A DNA stretch of 64,000 nt. Source: Candidatus Heimdallarchaeota archaeon (GTDB lineage: Archaea; Asgardarchaeota; Heimdallarchaeia; Heimdallarchaeales; Heimdallarchaeaceae). A model generated the notes under the pieces. The model was not told the DNA's origin, did no database searches, and saw only the letters and a program-made list of their open reading frames with translations. Of the stretch, positions 20,512 through 29,942 are shown in pieces. The stretch covers positions 12,517-76,516 of the forward strand of contig JAEOTE010000025.1 in the NCBI GenBank assembly GCA_016839945.1. The letters are read 5' to 3'. Within the stretch, counting starts at the first letter, position 1; every line of letters starts with the position of its first letter. A program made the translations under genes and the position numbers.

Positions 20512-21510
20512 TTATCTCATTTTGTCCTCATAATAATAATTCGGTTTGTATGTTAATGGCCATTCTGGTTCGTTATCTAAGACTTTCTCAATTTCGCTTA
20601 GGACATCTTCTGATAATTCTACATCAGATGCTTTAACATTTTCTTCTACATGCTCTGGTTTTGTTGCCCCTATTATTGCAGCAGATATTTCAGGTCTGCG
20701 AAGTATCCAAGCAAGCGCTAATTGACTCACAGTGATATCAAGTGATTTAGCTATTTCACCAAGTTTCTTAACTTTAGTAATGTTTTCTTCCGTAATGTTC
20801 TTCTTTAGGAACGCTGATTGATCAGCTCTACTACCTTCAGGAATACCTTCGTTATATTTGCCTGTTAGCAATCCTTGAGCAAGAGGCGACCAAACTGTAA
20901 AACCCATTCCATGAGTTTTTGCTACTGGCATAATTTCTAATTCAATATGCCTAACAAACATGTTGTACAATGGTTGTTCAACTATTGGTTTATGAGCACG
21001 AATATCTTTTGCAATAGCATTTGCCCTTTCTAATTGTGCAGCAGTCCAAACAGAAGTCCCCCAATACCTTATTTTACCATCTCTTATAGTCTCGTCTAAT
21101 ACTTCTACAGTTTCTCTTAGAGGAGTCATATAATCATATCTATGCATATAATAGATGTCAATGTAATCCATATTTAATCTCTCAAGTGTTCCCTCAATTG
21201 CATTCAGAATGTTCTTTCGACCAAGACCCCAAGCATTTATGTTCTCAGACATTGGCCAGAAGACTTTGCTTGATATAACAAGATCTTTTCTATTATATGT
21301 TTCATCAGAAAGGAAATCAGCTATGACTTTTTCAGCTCCTCCTTTCGCATATATTTCTGCCGAATCAATAAAATTAATCCCGTTTTCTATAGCAGCTTCC
21401 ATACATTTCTTTGCCATCTCATCTTCAACTGATCCTCCATACGTTAACCAAGATCCGAGAGATATTTCACTGATTTTTAATCCAGATTTTCCTACTTTTC
21501 TATATTTCAA
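20512..21510 (-). CDS. Aldo/keto reductase (Kv-beta-like)
   Basis: GLKISEISLGSW, DSAEIY, SSKVFW, DIYYMHR, WSPLAQGLLTGKY; TTG start with GGAGG SD. Confidence 0.95.
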   Translation of the reverse strand: MKYRKVGKSGLKISEISLGSWLTYGGSVEDEMAKKCMEAAIENGINFIDSAEIYAKGGAEKVIADFLSDETYNRKDLVISSKVFWPMSENINAWGLGRKNILNAIEGTLERLNMDYIDIYYMHRYDYMTPLRETVEVLDETIRDGKIRYWGTSVWTAAQLERANAIAKDIRAHKPIVEQPLYNMFVRHIELEIMPVAKTHGMGFTVWSPLAQGLLTGKYNEGIPEGSRADQSAFLKKNITEENITKVKKLGEIAKSLDITVSQLALAWILRRPEISAAIIGATKPEHVEENVKASDVELSEDVLSEIEKVLDNEPEWPLTYKPNYYYEDKMR

Positions 21511-21631
21511 TTCGATTCCTCCAAATCAAAATTAAGATTATTCTCAAGAAATAAAAAAAAACCTCTGTAATAAATTATGTGGATTAACAAGAAGTATCTG
21601 GAATTGATTCCAAACGTTAATTATAATTGAA

Positions 21632-23422
21632 TTATACAAAAACGATTTCTCTGAAATGATTTAATTCATCTTTGGTCATTCTATTTGGGTATTTAAATTT
21701 CTTAATGTAGTTTCTGAATTTCTGGTTCATTACATCAATTCGAACTAAATGCTTTGTACTTTCTTCTGGAAATATAACAGTAATCAGATAATATTGTTTT
21801 CCCTTTAATCTAGGATCACTTGGTTCATCATCCTTTCCCCAGAATGAAAAAATAATGACATTATGGTTTTCTAATGAGGGTGCAGGAAGAGGACCATATA
21901 CACCTACTTCATATCTTTGTCCTTGTCCTATTGACACATAACTAAATCCAATAAAAACCTCCAGATTTACATCCAAACCTCTGAAATCCGCTTTAACTAA
22001 CTCTCCACCTTCTACACCAAAACGGAAAAATCCAACACCCACATTATCTGAGTAAGCTATCTTTCTTTTTTCTGTAACGTAATCCAAAATCTTCTTAGTT
22101 CCGATTAATTTCACGCCTTTTCTATATTTAGGAATTATAATGTAAGTTAGTAAATAAAAGATTAAAATTAAAAAAAGCGCAAGAGTAACTGTAATTATTG
22201 GAATGAGATAACTCCTCTCAGCTTCTGGAGGTTTAGCTGGTTCTGACAGAGGATACTTGTCATATAAACCAACAGTGCCCTCTATTACATAAACTTCAGC
22301 CCCATGCAAATTGTCCCAAAAGTTCCCTTCTTCACTTTCTTCATCAAACCATGTGTTTTTTACTCCAGATTTTTGATATGCTTGACTTACTCCCCCTTCA
22401 TTGTTTCCAATGAAATTGTTATGATGTACTTGATTTTCTGAAGAATAATTAAAATAAATACCATATGCCGTGTTGTTGATTAAATTATTGTAAGTAAATA
22501 GATTATGATCAGATAGGTATATCAAAATCCCACTACCAATTTGCTTTGTAATAGTGTTGTTAAAAATAAAACAATCCTCACTATAGTTCATGAGTATACC
22601 ATATTTATTCTCTGAAATGGTGTTAGTTTTCAAACTAATAGACGTTGATTCTTCAATTATTACTCCATTCCCTATATTCTTAGAGATAATATTTCCTGAA
22701 ACTGTTGCAGATAGAATATTAAAAATATAAATTCCCTTAACATTGTGAATCACATGATTGGAAGTTACATTAAAATTTCTAGAAAAAGAGGCTTCTATTC
22801 CTATTTCATTATCAGAACAATAATTATTCTCTAAGATTGTGTTATCACAAAATCTTACTAATATACCTCTTAACTGATTGTTTGTACAATTATTACTCTC
22901 TAGATAAATATTATCTGATGTCACACAATAAATTCCATATTTGTTATAATGTAGCTCATTATTTGATATGAATGCTCCTGGGACATCCCATAAGTCAATT
23001 CCAGTTGAGTAATGGTTAACACATGTATTGTTTATCACTTGAGCAGTTCCTTCTGAAATCCAAGAGATCCATATGCCAAAATCTAATGCATCTATGAAGC
23101 AGTTTCTTATGATAAAGAATTTAGTTGTTGCACTGATATTTATCCCACACGCATCTACATCTGAAGTGATATTATAATCCTCTATTATGTATGGATCATT
23201 AAAAGATCCTGAACCTGGGAATGCTGTGAAATTACTATCATCATCAATATGAATTGGGGCATGTGGAATCAAATTATTAACTAAGTATATTTCACTTAGT
23301 ATATCTTCTTTTAAGGATAAACCAATATCAAAGTTGAGCAGAAAGGAAGTAACAAGAAGTAAGAAGAGAAATATAACAACCATTGCTTTTCTATTCTTAC
23401 TAGTCTTGAGCGTCATTTTCAT
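21632..23422 (-). CDS. Single-pass membrane protein: extracellular NosD/CASH parallel beta-helix plus cytoplasmic domain
   Basis: Signal peptide, HAPIHID..F...GSGSFNDPYII, repeated N....N..GI.L beta-helix units, GNFW, one TM (IPIITVTLALFLILIFYLLTYIII), about 165-aa C-terminal domain. Confidence 0.82.
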   Translation of the reverse strand: MKMTLKTSKNRKAMVVIFLFLLLVTSFLLNFDIGLSLKEDILSEIYLVNNLIPHAPIHIDDDSNFTAFPGSGSFNDPYIIEDYNITSDVDACGINISATTKFFIIRNCFIDALDFGIWISWISEGTAQVINNTCVNHYSTGIDLWDVPGAFISNNELHYNKYGIYCVTSDNIYLESNNCTNNQLRGILVRFCDNTILENNYCSDNEIGIEASFSRNFNVTSNHVIHNVKGIYIFNILSATVSGNIISKNIGNGVIIEESTSISLKTNTISENKYGILMNYSEDCFIFNNTITKQIGSGILIYLSDHNLFTYNNLINNTAYGIYFNYSSENQVHHNNFIGNNEGGVSQAYQKSGVKNTWFDEESEEGNFWDNLHGAEVYVIEGTVGLYDKYPLSEPAKPPEAERSYLIPIITVTLALFLILIFYLLTYIIIPKYRKGVKLIGTKKILDYVTEKRKIAYSDNVGVGFFRFGVEGGELVKADFRGLDVNLEVFIGFSYVSIGQGQRYEVGVYGPLPAPSLENHNVIIFSFWGKDDEPSDPRLKGKQYYLITVIFPEESTKHLVRIDVMNQKFRNYIKKFKYPNRMTKDELNHFREIVFV

Positions 23423-23566
23423 TTTATAATTGATATTACTAGATATATTTCTTAAATACTCTGTGATGGTTCTGTCATAATAAACTTCAAACTTTATAGG
23501 ACAAAAAAATCCATAGGCAAAAACTCTTATTCCTGTTTTAGTTTTTTTGAACGAGGTTTATAAAAA

Positions 23567-24739
23567 ATGATACATGATGATAATGTTCTCAAATATTTTG
23601 AATCTCAAAAGGCTCCTTTACCAATGAATTTCATAGCTCAAGGTGTACTGCAAATGGATACTATAATAGCAGCAATCAACCCTAGAGCCACTGAAGAAGT
23701 CATACGAGGAGTTCTTCGAGCCGCAAAAAAATCTCTTTCAGTAGTTATTTTTGAGTTAGCACTAAGTGAGATGTCAATTTCTGGAGGTTATACAGGTTAT
23801 ACTCCAGCTAAATTTGCAGAAACTTGCATATCAGCTGCTGAAAAAGAGAAATGGTTTGCTTATGCACTTCATGCAGATCATCTTACTGTTAAAAAAGGAA
23901 CAGATGAAGAAATGGATGTTGTCAAGAAGGAAATTGCAGCTCGTGTTGATGCAGGATTTTCTGGTTATGCTATTGATACTTCATTCTTATTTAATCGTGA
24001 AGAAGATACAGTTCAAGGTCAATTGAAAGAAATAATCTCAAAAGGATTGATTCTTTTTGACTTTCTCAAAAACAAACTTGGTGATACCCCCTATGGTTTA
24101 GAAGGTGAAGTTGGCGAAATAGGTATAACAGAATTTACAACTGTAGAAGAAGCAATATATTATGTTAAAACACTTGCAGAAAATGGTGTTGACATTGATT
24201 ATCTAGCAATAGCTAATGGTTCTAAACATGGAGTAAATGTTGATGCTGATGGAAATGTTGTACCACAACTTGGTATTAATGTAAAAAGAACAGTTGAAAT
24301 AGTGAATTCTTTACAAGGGATAGGGATTAACACACGTATAGCTCAACACGGTATTACTGGAACACCAGTTAATGTAATAGCTTCAACCTTCCCACATGGA
24401 AGTATAGCTAAAGGTAATATTGGAACACATTGGCAAAGATTAGTCTACTCCATTTTAAAAGAATGTGAACCTGATCTTTATGCAAAAATGAGAAACTGGG
24501 TGTTAGGTAAATATGAAGAACCTGGTGTAGATGAACATAAAATATTCGCTAAGAGTTCTAAATTTGCTTGGAAAGAATTCTTTGATGAAGTTAAACAAAT
24601 TAGCTCAGAAGCGAAGAAAAAAATCTTATTAAAAGCTGAACAAGACATGACTGATTTCATTCAAGCTTTGAAGATGGAAAATACTGCAGTATCTTGTTAC
24701 AAATATATGAAGGAAAATAATCTTATAAATACATATTAG
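23567..24739 (+). CDS. fba: Class II fructose-bisphosphate aldolase
   Basis: LHADH, AIDTS, EGEVGEIG, AIANGSKHG, AQHGITG, KGNIGT. Confidence 0.88.
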   Translation: MIHDDNVLKYFESQKAPLPMNFIAQGVLQMDTIIAAINPRATEEVIRGVLRAAKKSLSVVIFELALSEMSISGGYTGYTPAKFAETCISAAEKEKWFAYALHADHLTVKKGTDEEMDVVKKEIAARVDAGFSGYAIDTSFLFNREEDTVQGQLKEIISKGLILFDFLKNKLGDTPYGLEGEVGEIGITEFTTVEEAIYYVKTLAENGVDIDYLAIANGSKHGVNVDADGNVVPQLGINVKRTVEIVNSLQGIGINTRIAQHGITGTPVNVIASTFPHGSIAKGNIGTHWQRLVYSILKECEPDLYAKMRNWVLGKYEEPGVDEHKIFAKSSKFAWKEFFDEVKQISSEAKKKILLKAEQDMTDFIQALKMENTAVSCYKYMKENNLINTY

Positions 24740-24741
24740 GA

Positions 24742-25662
24742 TTGATGTCTATGAGTAATTCAACCTATCCTACACTTGATGCATATTTGGATGCAGTTAA
24801 GCCAAAAGAGTTAAGTGACCTTCTACGTGAATTGATCAATATCAGTTTGATAGTCCCAGAACAGATTTTAACATTCATGATAGGTGAAAATGATTATTCG
24901 GGAATAATTAATGTTTCAGGTGATGAACAGTTAAGTCTAGATATAGCAACTCATGAACTATTCCTACAAAAAATGCCAAATCACCTATATGCAATGTTGC
25001 TAGGAGAAGAAACTGATGAAAATAATATACTTGAAGGTACTGGGAATTTTATCATTATTGGAGATTTTATTGATGGTTCATCCATTGTAAGAAGTAGAGG
25101 TCCTGGAGCAATTGTACATATAATAGATAAGGAAGGCAAAACTGAAGCTGCTTTTACGGTTAGTTTTACATTATTTTTGCGTTTCGATTTGGCAACAGAA
25201 GCTGGGTATATACAGTTTGTACATGATGGGAAAGATTTCCGTGTCTTAAAGGATTCTTTATCGATCAGTCCAAACAAAAGTCCTGTATATGGTTTTGGTG
25301 GAAAGCGTACACACTATTCCGAAAAGCAAAAAGAATTTGTTGATGTTATTGATACAAAAGGAAAAATCAGATATGGAGGATGTATGGTTCAAGATATGAA
25401 TAATGTTCTAGACAAAACAGGTATTTTTGGGTACTTTGCTCCTAAACTTCGTTTTGTTTATGAAATAATTCCATATCTATACCTTCTATCAAAAGTAGAT
25501 GGTGATGGATTCTTTATTACTCCTGCTGGACAAGAAATCAAATATGAAGATATCAAACCATTGGATGTTACAAAGCTAACAGATATGAATTATCTTCACC
25601 AAAGAGCAGGATTTGTTGGGGGATCCAAGGATCTTGTAAATATCTGGTTTGACATAGAATAG
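24742..25662 (+). CDS. fbp: Divergent class I fructose-1,6-bisphosphatase
   Basis: NVSGDEQLSLD, GEE, DFIDGSS (canonical DPLDGSS), RYGGCMVQD, KLRFVYE, HQR; directly follows fba. Confidence 0.78.
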   Translation: MMSMSNSTYPTLDAYLDAVKPKELSDLLRELINISLIVPEQILTFMIGENDYSGIINVSGDEQLSLDIATHELFLQKMPNHLYAMLLGEETDENNILEGTGNFIIIGDFIDGSSIVRSRGPGAIVHIIDKEGKTEAAFTVSFTLFLRFDLATEAGYIQFVHDGKDFRVLKDSLSISPNKSPVYGFGGKRTHYSEKQKEFVDVIDTKGKIRYGGCMVQDMNNVLDKTGIFGYFAPKLRFVYEIIPYLYLLSKVDGDGFFITPAGQEIKYEDIKPLDVTKLTDMNYLHQRAGFVGGSKDLVNIWFDIE

Positions 25663-25665
25663 AAT

Positions 25666-26412
25666 TTAATTATCCTCGGAGTCATCTTCTCTCTTTTTTT
25701 CTTTTTCTTGTTTAAAAAACAGATTATCTATTTCATCATATTTTTTATCTATTTCTTTCATTTCATCTTCTATGGTTTCTTCAAGAATTGATATTTGATC
25801 ATCTATGTTTTCCATTTCTTCTTTCATGTCTTCCTCTAATTTCTTTATTTCCTTAGAAATTTCTTCAGCTTCTTCTTCCATTGATTCTTCAAGAACTTCA
25901 ATTTCTTCACTTGATACTTCTTCTATTGTTTCTTCCATAACTCTCTCAATTTTTTCCATATCTGATTCAATTTTACTCTCTTTTTCCTTATCATTTATTT
26001 TGTCTCTCTCTTCTAACCTGTGATCTTTCTCGTCTACTAGTTTGAGAACAAAATTCAATACTTTATCAAAAAGAGGTTGAAAAACCGCTACATTAAAATC
26101 TTGATGATGAACGCATAATTTATCGATCATTACTCTTTCTTGTTCAAAGTCATAAATTAAAGGATAAAAACGGCAGCCTTGTGGTCTATTTTCATAGATA
26201 GAACACATTTTTTCTTTTAAGAAAAAACACTTATTATCAACATTTTGTAGAGCTAGAAATCCATCTTTCTCCTCTAAGAAGTTTTCTGCACTAAAACCTA
26301 GTTTTTCAATTCTTGATACATCCATGTTTGAAAGAAACATCTCTGTTTCTAGGCAACAATGAAAACAATCTTCTATAAAGGGGCAATAAAATTCTGGAAG
26401 CGGGGTAAACAT
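25666..26412 (-). CDS. YkgJ/CxxCxxCC family Cys-cluster protein with acidic coiled-coil tail
   Basis: CFHCC, CFFL...CSIYENRPQGCRFYP; Glu/Asp-rich C-terminal half. Confidence 0.85.
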   Translation of the reverse strand: MFTPLPEFYCPFIEDCFHCCLETEMFLSNMDVSRIEKLGFSAENFLEEKDGFLALQNVDNKCFFLKEKMCSIYENRPQGCRFYPLIYDFEQERVMIDKLCVHHQDFNVAVFQPLFDKVLNFVLKLVDEKDHRLEERDKINDKEKESKIESDMEKIERVMEETIEEVSSEEIEVLEESMEEEAEEISKEIKKLEEDMKEEMENIDDQISILEETIEDEMKEIDKKYDEIDNLFFKQEKEKKREDDSEDN

Positions 26413-26425
26413 TTTGATTCTCCTT

Positions 26426-27811
26426 CTATTCTGTGTTCTGTATTTTTTTGATTATTTCTTTAATTTTCTTTCCAAATACATCAACCAAGCTTTGAATTTC
26501 TTCCTGATCATCAGCTTCTATTGTCATACGAATTAAGGGAGATGTATTGGATGGACGAATAAGCACCCAACCTTTTTCTAAGTCCACTCTTACTCCATCA
26601 AGTGTATTAAGTCTTTCATGTTCTTTTGTTAATTCTATCTTTAATTCTTCAACTACATCAAATTTTATCTTATCACTACACTCTATTTCTTCTTTATATA
26701 TTGGGTAGGTTGGAATTCTTTTAACCAAACCTGAAAGTATCTCTTCACTGTTATTAAGTATTTCTGCAATTTTTAAGGGAGTAACAATTGCGTCATCAAA
26801 AAGAAAATAGCTGGGAATGATAATGTGACCACTAGATTCAATTCCAAGTGGAGAGTTCTCTAATTTTGCTTCAATAGTCAGAAAGGTGTGACCAACTGGT
26901 ATTTGTTTGACTTTGTATCCTAATGGTTCTAGTTGTTCTTCGACAGCTTTAGAACATTCAACATTAGCTATTATTGTTCCTTCTTTTCTTGTCAAACCAT
27001 GTTTGCCAATTAAGATACCTGTTACATCTGCAGAGAGAACCTTCCCTTTGTTATCGACGATAACTGCTCTATCACCATCACCATCAAAAGCTACACCAAA
27101 ATCACATATATGACTAAGAACAGCTTCAATTAATTTCGTCAGGTTCTTAGGTTTAGGATCAGAAGGTCTCCCTGAAAACAATGGGTCTGTATCACAATAA
27201 ACAGGAATTATCTCTAGATCTAAAGATGAAAAAACATCAGGAGCTGAAAGTGTTGTACTTCCCCCTCCACAATCTAGAGCAACTTTGATTTTTTTAGAAA
27301 AAGAAAATTTTTCCTGAAAGAATTTTATGTATTTTTCATTTATTTTAACCGATTTTACCTTTCCTACTTCTTTCCAGTTAACTACATTATGCCCCTTTTC
27401 TAGAGCAACATCTCTTATTCTCATCAGTTCCTCTTCTGAATAACCAACTCCATCAGAATGATAAAACTTAATTCCATTCCATTCAGGAGGAAGATGACTA
27501 GCTGTAATAAACACAGTTGCATCTGTTTTCAATATCCAACCTGCAAAAAGTGTTTGACCAAACGCTGTTACTCCAACATCAATTACATTTATACCTGAAG
27601 CTAAAACAGCTGAAATGAAAGAGTAAGCTAAAGGATTACTTGAATATCTAATATCTCTACCAATTGCAACTTCTTTTCCTCCAAGATCTTGACGAACATA
27701 GTTTCCAAATGCTAAACCTATTTTGTACATGATTTCAGGGGTCAGATCTTCATTATACAATCCTCTTATGTCATAAGCTCGAAAAATGTGAGGAGATATA
27801 TTTTCTGTCAT
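26426..27811 (-). CDS. Phosphomannomutase/phosphoglucomutase
   Basis: IFRAYDIRG, TASHLP, FDGDGDR, GIESSGH, RPSNT. Confidence 0.95.
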   Translation of the reverse strand: MTENISPHIFRAYDIRGLYNEDLTPEIMYKIGLAFGNYVRQDLGGKEVAIGRDIRYSSNPLAYSFISAVLASGINVIDVGVTAFGQTLFAGWILKTDATVFITASHLPPEWNGIKFYHSDGVGYSEEELMRIRDVALEKGHNVVNWKEVGKVKSVKINEKYIKFFQEKFSFSKKIKVALDCGGGSTTLSAPDVFSSLDLEIIPVYCDTDPLFSGRPSDPKPKNLTKLIEAVLSHICDFGVAFDGDGDRAVIVDNKGKVLSADVTGILIGKHGLTRKEGTIIANVECSKAVEEQLEPLGYKVKQIPVGHTFLTIEAKLENSPLGIESSGHIIIPSYFLFDDAIVTPLKIAEILNNSEEILSGLVKRIPTYPIYKEEIECSDKIKFDVVEELKIELTKEHERLNTLDGVRVDLEKGWVLIRPSNTSPLIRMTIEADDQEEIQSLVDVFGKKIKEIIKKIQNTE

Positions 27812-27921
27812 TATTTAAGAAGTGTTTTCAATGTATAAAAATTTGATTGCTTTTACTGAATTTAGATTTTTGTTCAAGTAACCACATAAATTTTTTAATT
27901 AAGTATTATTTAGCAAGAGTT

Positions 27922-28662
27922 ATGCATGTTGCAATTGTCTACCTACTTATTTTTCTTGGGTCTTATTTGGTTGGATCTATTCCTTTCAGCTGGATTGTTG
28001 TTAAATTAAAATTAGGTGAAGATCTAAGACAAATTGGCTCGGGAAATGTGGGGGGAAGAAATGTTTACAGAGCAACTAAATCAAAATCTTGGGCTCTATT
28101 TGCTGGGTTTCTAGATGTAACTAGATCAGTAGCAGCTTTTGCAATACCCTATATATTGACAAAGATTTTCTATTTCTCAACAAATGATGTTCTTGTGGAG
28201 TTTTTTATTTGGCCTGAATTTGGAATTCTAACTTGTTTTTCATTAGTCATTGCAGGTTTTGGTGCAATACTAGGACATAATTGGCCAATATATCTTCTAT
28301 CTCATGGTGGTCGAGGAATAACAGTAGTAATAGCTACTACTCTAGTTTCTAATCCTATTTTACTGGCTTTTTGGGCTATTTTGTGGCCAATATGTATCTC
28401 TTTTGTTGGTTATTCGTCAATAAATTATATAGTTGTAACCTTGTTAGTTGGTGTTATTGCATTGTTTCTACCTCAATCCATGTTGATGCCTTGGGCTAGT
28501 TATAATTTAGGATTAGCAGTACTATTCTTTTTGGTTGCAATTGTTATGATTAGTAGACAACGTGATAATATCAGAAAGATGAAAGCTGGTGAAGCAAAAA
28601 GAATGAGAATCTTCAAAGCTTTAAAAGGAAAAGGAAAATTAGGAGATGAAATATTAAAATAA
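27922..28662 (+). CDS. plsY: Acyl-phosphate:glycerol-3-phosphate acyltransferase PlsY family
   Basis: YLVGSIP, DLRQIGSGNVGGRNVYR, GHNWPIY..GGRG, RQRDNIRKM.AGE. Start likely ATG 27922. Confidence 0.85.
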   Translation: MHVAIVYLLIFLGSYLVGSIPFSWIVVKLKLGEDLRQIGSGNVGGRNVYRATKSKSWALFAGFLDVTRSVAAFAIPYILTKIFYFSTNDVLVEFFIWPEFGILTCFSLVIAGFGAILGHNWPIYLLSHGGRGITVVIATTLVSNPILLAFWAILWPICISFVGYSSINYIVVTLLVGVIALFLPQSMLMPWASYNLGLAVLFFLVAIVMISRQRDNIRKMKAGEAKRMRIFKALKGKGKLGDEILK

Positions 28663-28691
28663 GAAATGAAGTAAGTACAATCTTACTCATT

Positions 28692-29546
28692 TTATTTTTC
28701 TGGTTTGTATGCTGTTACAGTTATGCTTTGAATAGATTTCTGGATATCCTCCAAATCTTCTTTGACATCCTCGAAATTTTCTAAGTTTACAGGTTCTCCT
28801 TCAATAACTAAGACAGGTTCTCCGACATTTTCTAAAGTATCTTCTAAATCTTTGAGTTTTTGATCTTTATCCATAACTTCTATATCCTCAAAACCTGCAT
28901 TTCTAATGATACCAAGGTATTTGTTTTTCAGTTCAGCACCAGCTACACACCCAGCGAGTAGTGTTTCGTTATTTCTAAGTGATTCAGGAAGTTCTCGAAG
29001 TAGAACTATATCAGATATAGCTATTCTTCCACCAGGTTTTAGTACTCTAAATACCTCATCAAATACTCTTTGTTTTTCAGGAGATAAGTTAATTACACAA
29101 TTAGATATTATGATGTCAACAGAATCATTTGCAACAGGTATATTTTCAATTTCACCAAGTCTAAATTCAACATTTTCAAAATTGTTCTTTTCTGCGTTGT
29201 CTCTAGCCAAATCAATCATATTTGCGGTCATATCTACTCCTATAACTTTTCCAGATAATCCGACTTTTTGAGCAGCAAGAAAGCAGTCAAGGCCCCCACC
29301 AGAACCTAAGTCAAGAACAATTTCTCCTTCCTTAAGCGAAGCAATAGCGGTAGGATTTCCACAACCAAGTCCCATATTAGCCGCATCAGGAATGCTTTCT
29401 AATTCTTCGGAAGTATAACCAATTGCTTTACTGACATCTTCAGCACATACTTTTTTACTCCCGCAACAAGAAGAGCTTTTTTTAGCAACTTCTCCATATC
29501 TGTCTCTTACTATTTTTTTTACTTTTTTCGATTCCATGTTTCTCAC
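28692..29546 (-). CDS. arsM: Arsenite S-adenosylmethionine methyltransferase
   Basis: SSCCG, GLGCGNP, LDLGSGGGLD, SNCVINL, GCVAGA. Confidence 0.93.
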   Translation of the reverse strand: MRNMESKKVKKIVRDRYGEVAKKSSSCCGSKKVCAEDVSKAIGYTSEELESIPDAANMGLGCGNPTAIASLKEGEIVLDLGSGGGLDCFLAAQKVGLSGKVIGVDMTANMIDLARDNAEKNNFENVEFRLGEIENIPVANDSVDIIISNCVINLSPEKQRVFDEVFRVLKPGGRIAISDIVLLRELPESLRNNETLLAGCVAGAELKNKYLGIIRNAGFEDIEVMDKDQKLKDLEDTLENVGEPVLVIEGEPVNLENFEDVKEDLEDIQKSIQSITVTAYKPEK

Positions 29547-29550
29547 CTAT

Positions 29551-29823
29551 TTATTCTAAAATTTCCTTCATAATCGGTTTGAGCATGACTTTAACCATAT
29601 TCTCCATTTTTTCAGCTTTAAACAATGATATACTGGTTACTTTACCTTTATCTCTCATTCCTATAACAATAAGCTTGTCCTTCTCTTTTATATCCATGTT
29701 CTCTCTTAGACTCTTTGGAAGAACTATTTGCCCTTTAGAATCTACAGTAACAACTCCTTCAACATGACAACAACTTTCTCCTTCTCCACTAGAAGGACAA
29801 CATTCTTTTTCTTCTTTGTTCAT
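29551..29823 (-). CDS. hgcC: AbrB-fold HgcC-like protein
   Basis: CC..CCHVEGVVTVDSKGQIVLPK.LRE...IKEKDKL; ends 4 bp upstream of arsM; start likely ATG 29823. Confidence 0.72.
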   Translation of the reverse strand: MNKEEKECCPSSGEGESCCHVEGVVTVDSKGQIVLPKSLRENMDIKEKDKLIVIGMRDKGKVTSISLFKAEKMENMVKVMLKPIMKEILE

Positions 29824-29869
29824 CTTTCTCAAGTTGGTTAAATTATACAAATATATAAAGATTCTGAAA

Positions 29870-29896
29870 AGTAAGAAAATTCTTACTATTCTTACT
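29870..29896. promoter_or_regulatory. Putative operator: palindrome AGTAAGAA-AA-TTCTTACT plus a second TTCTTACT half-site
   Basis: Read directly in the divergent intergenic region about 50 bp upstream of hgcC-arsM; regulatory role is inferred. Confidence 0.55.
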
Positions 29897-29942
29897 TTCT
29901 CTTATACAAATACTTTTAATCATTTTTCTAAACACGACATTA

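Noticed and set aside
28692-29850. Mercury methylation capacity suggested by hgcC
   Set aside because: No hgcA cap-helix motif or hgcB in the window; cannot be claimed.
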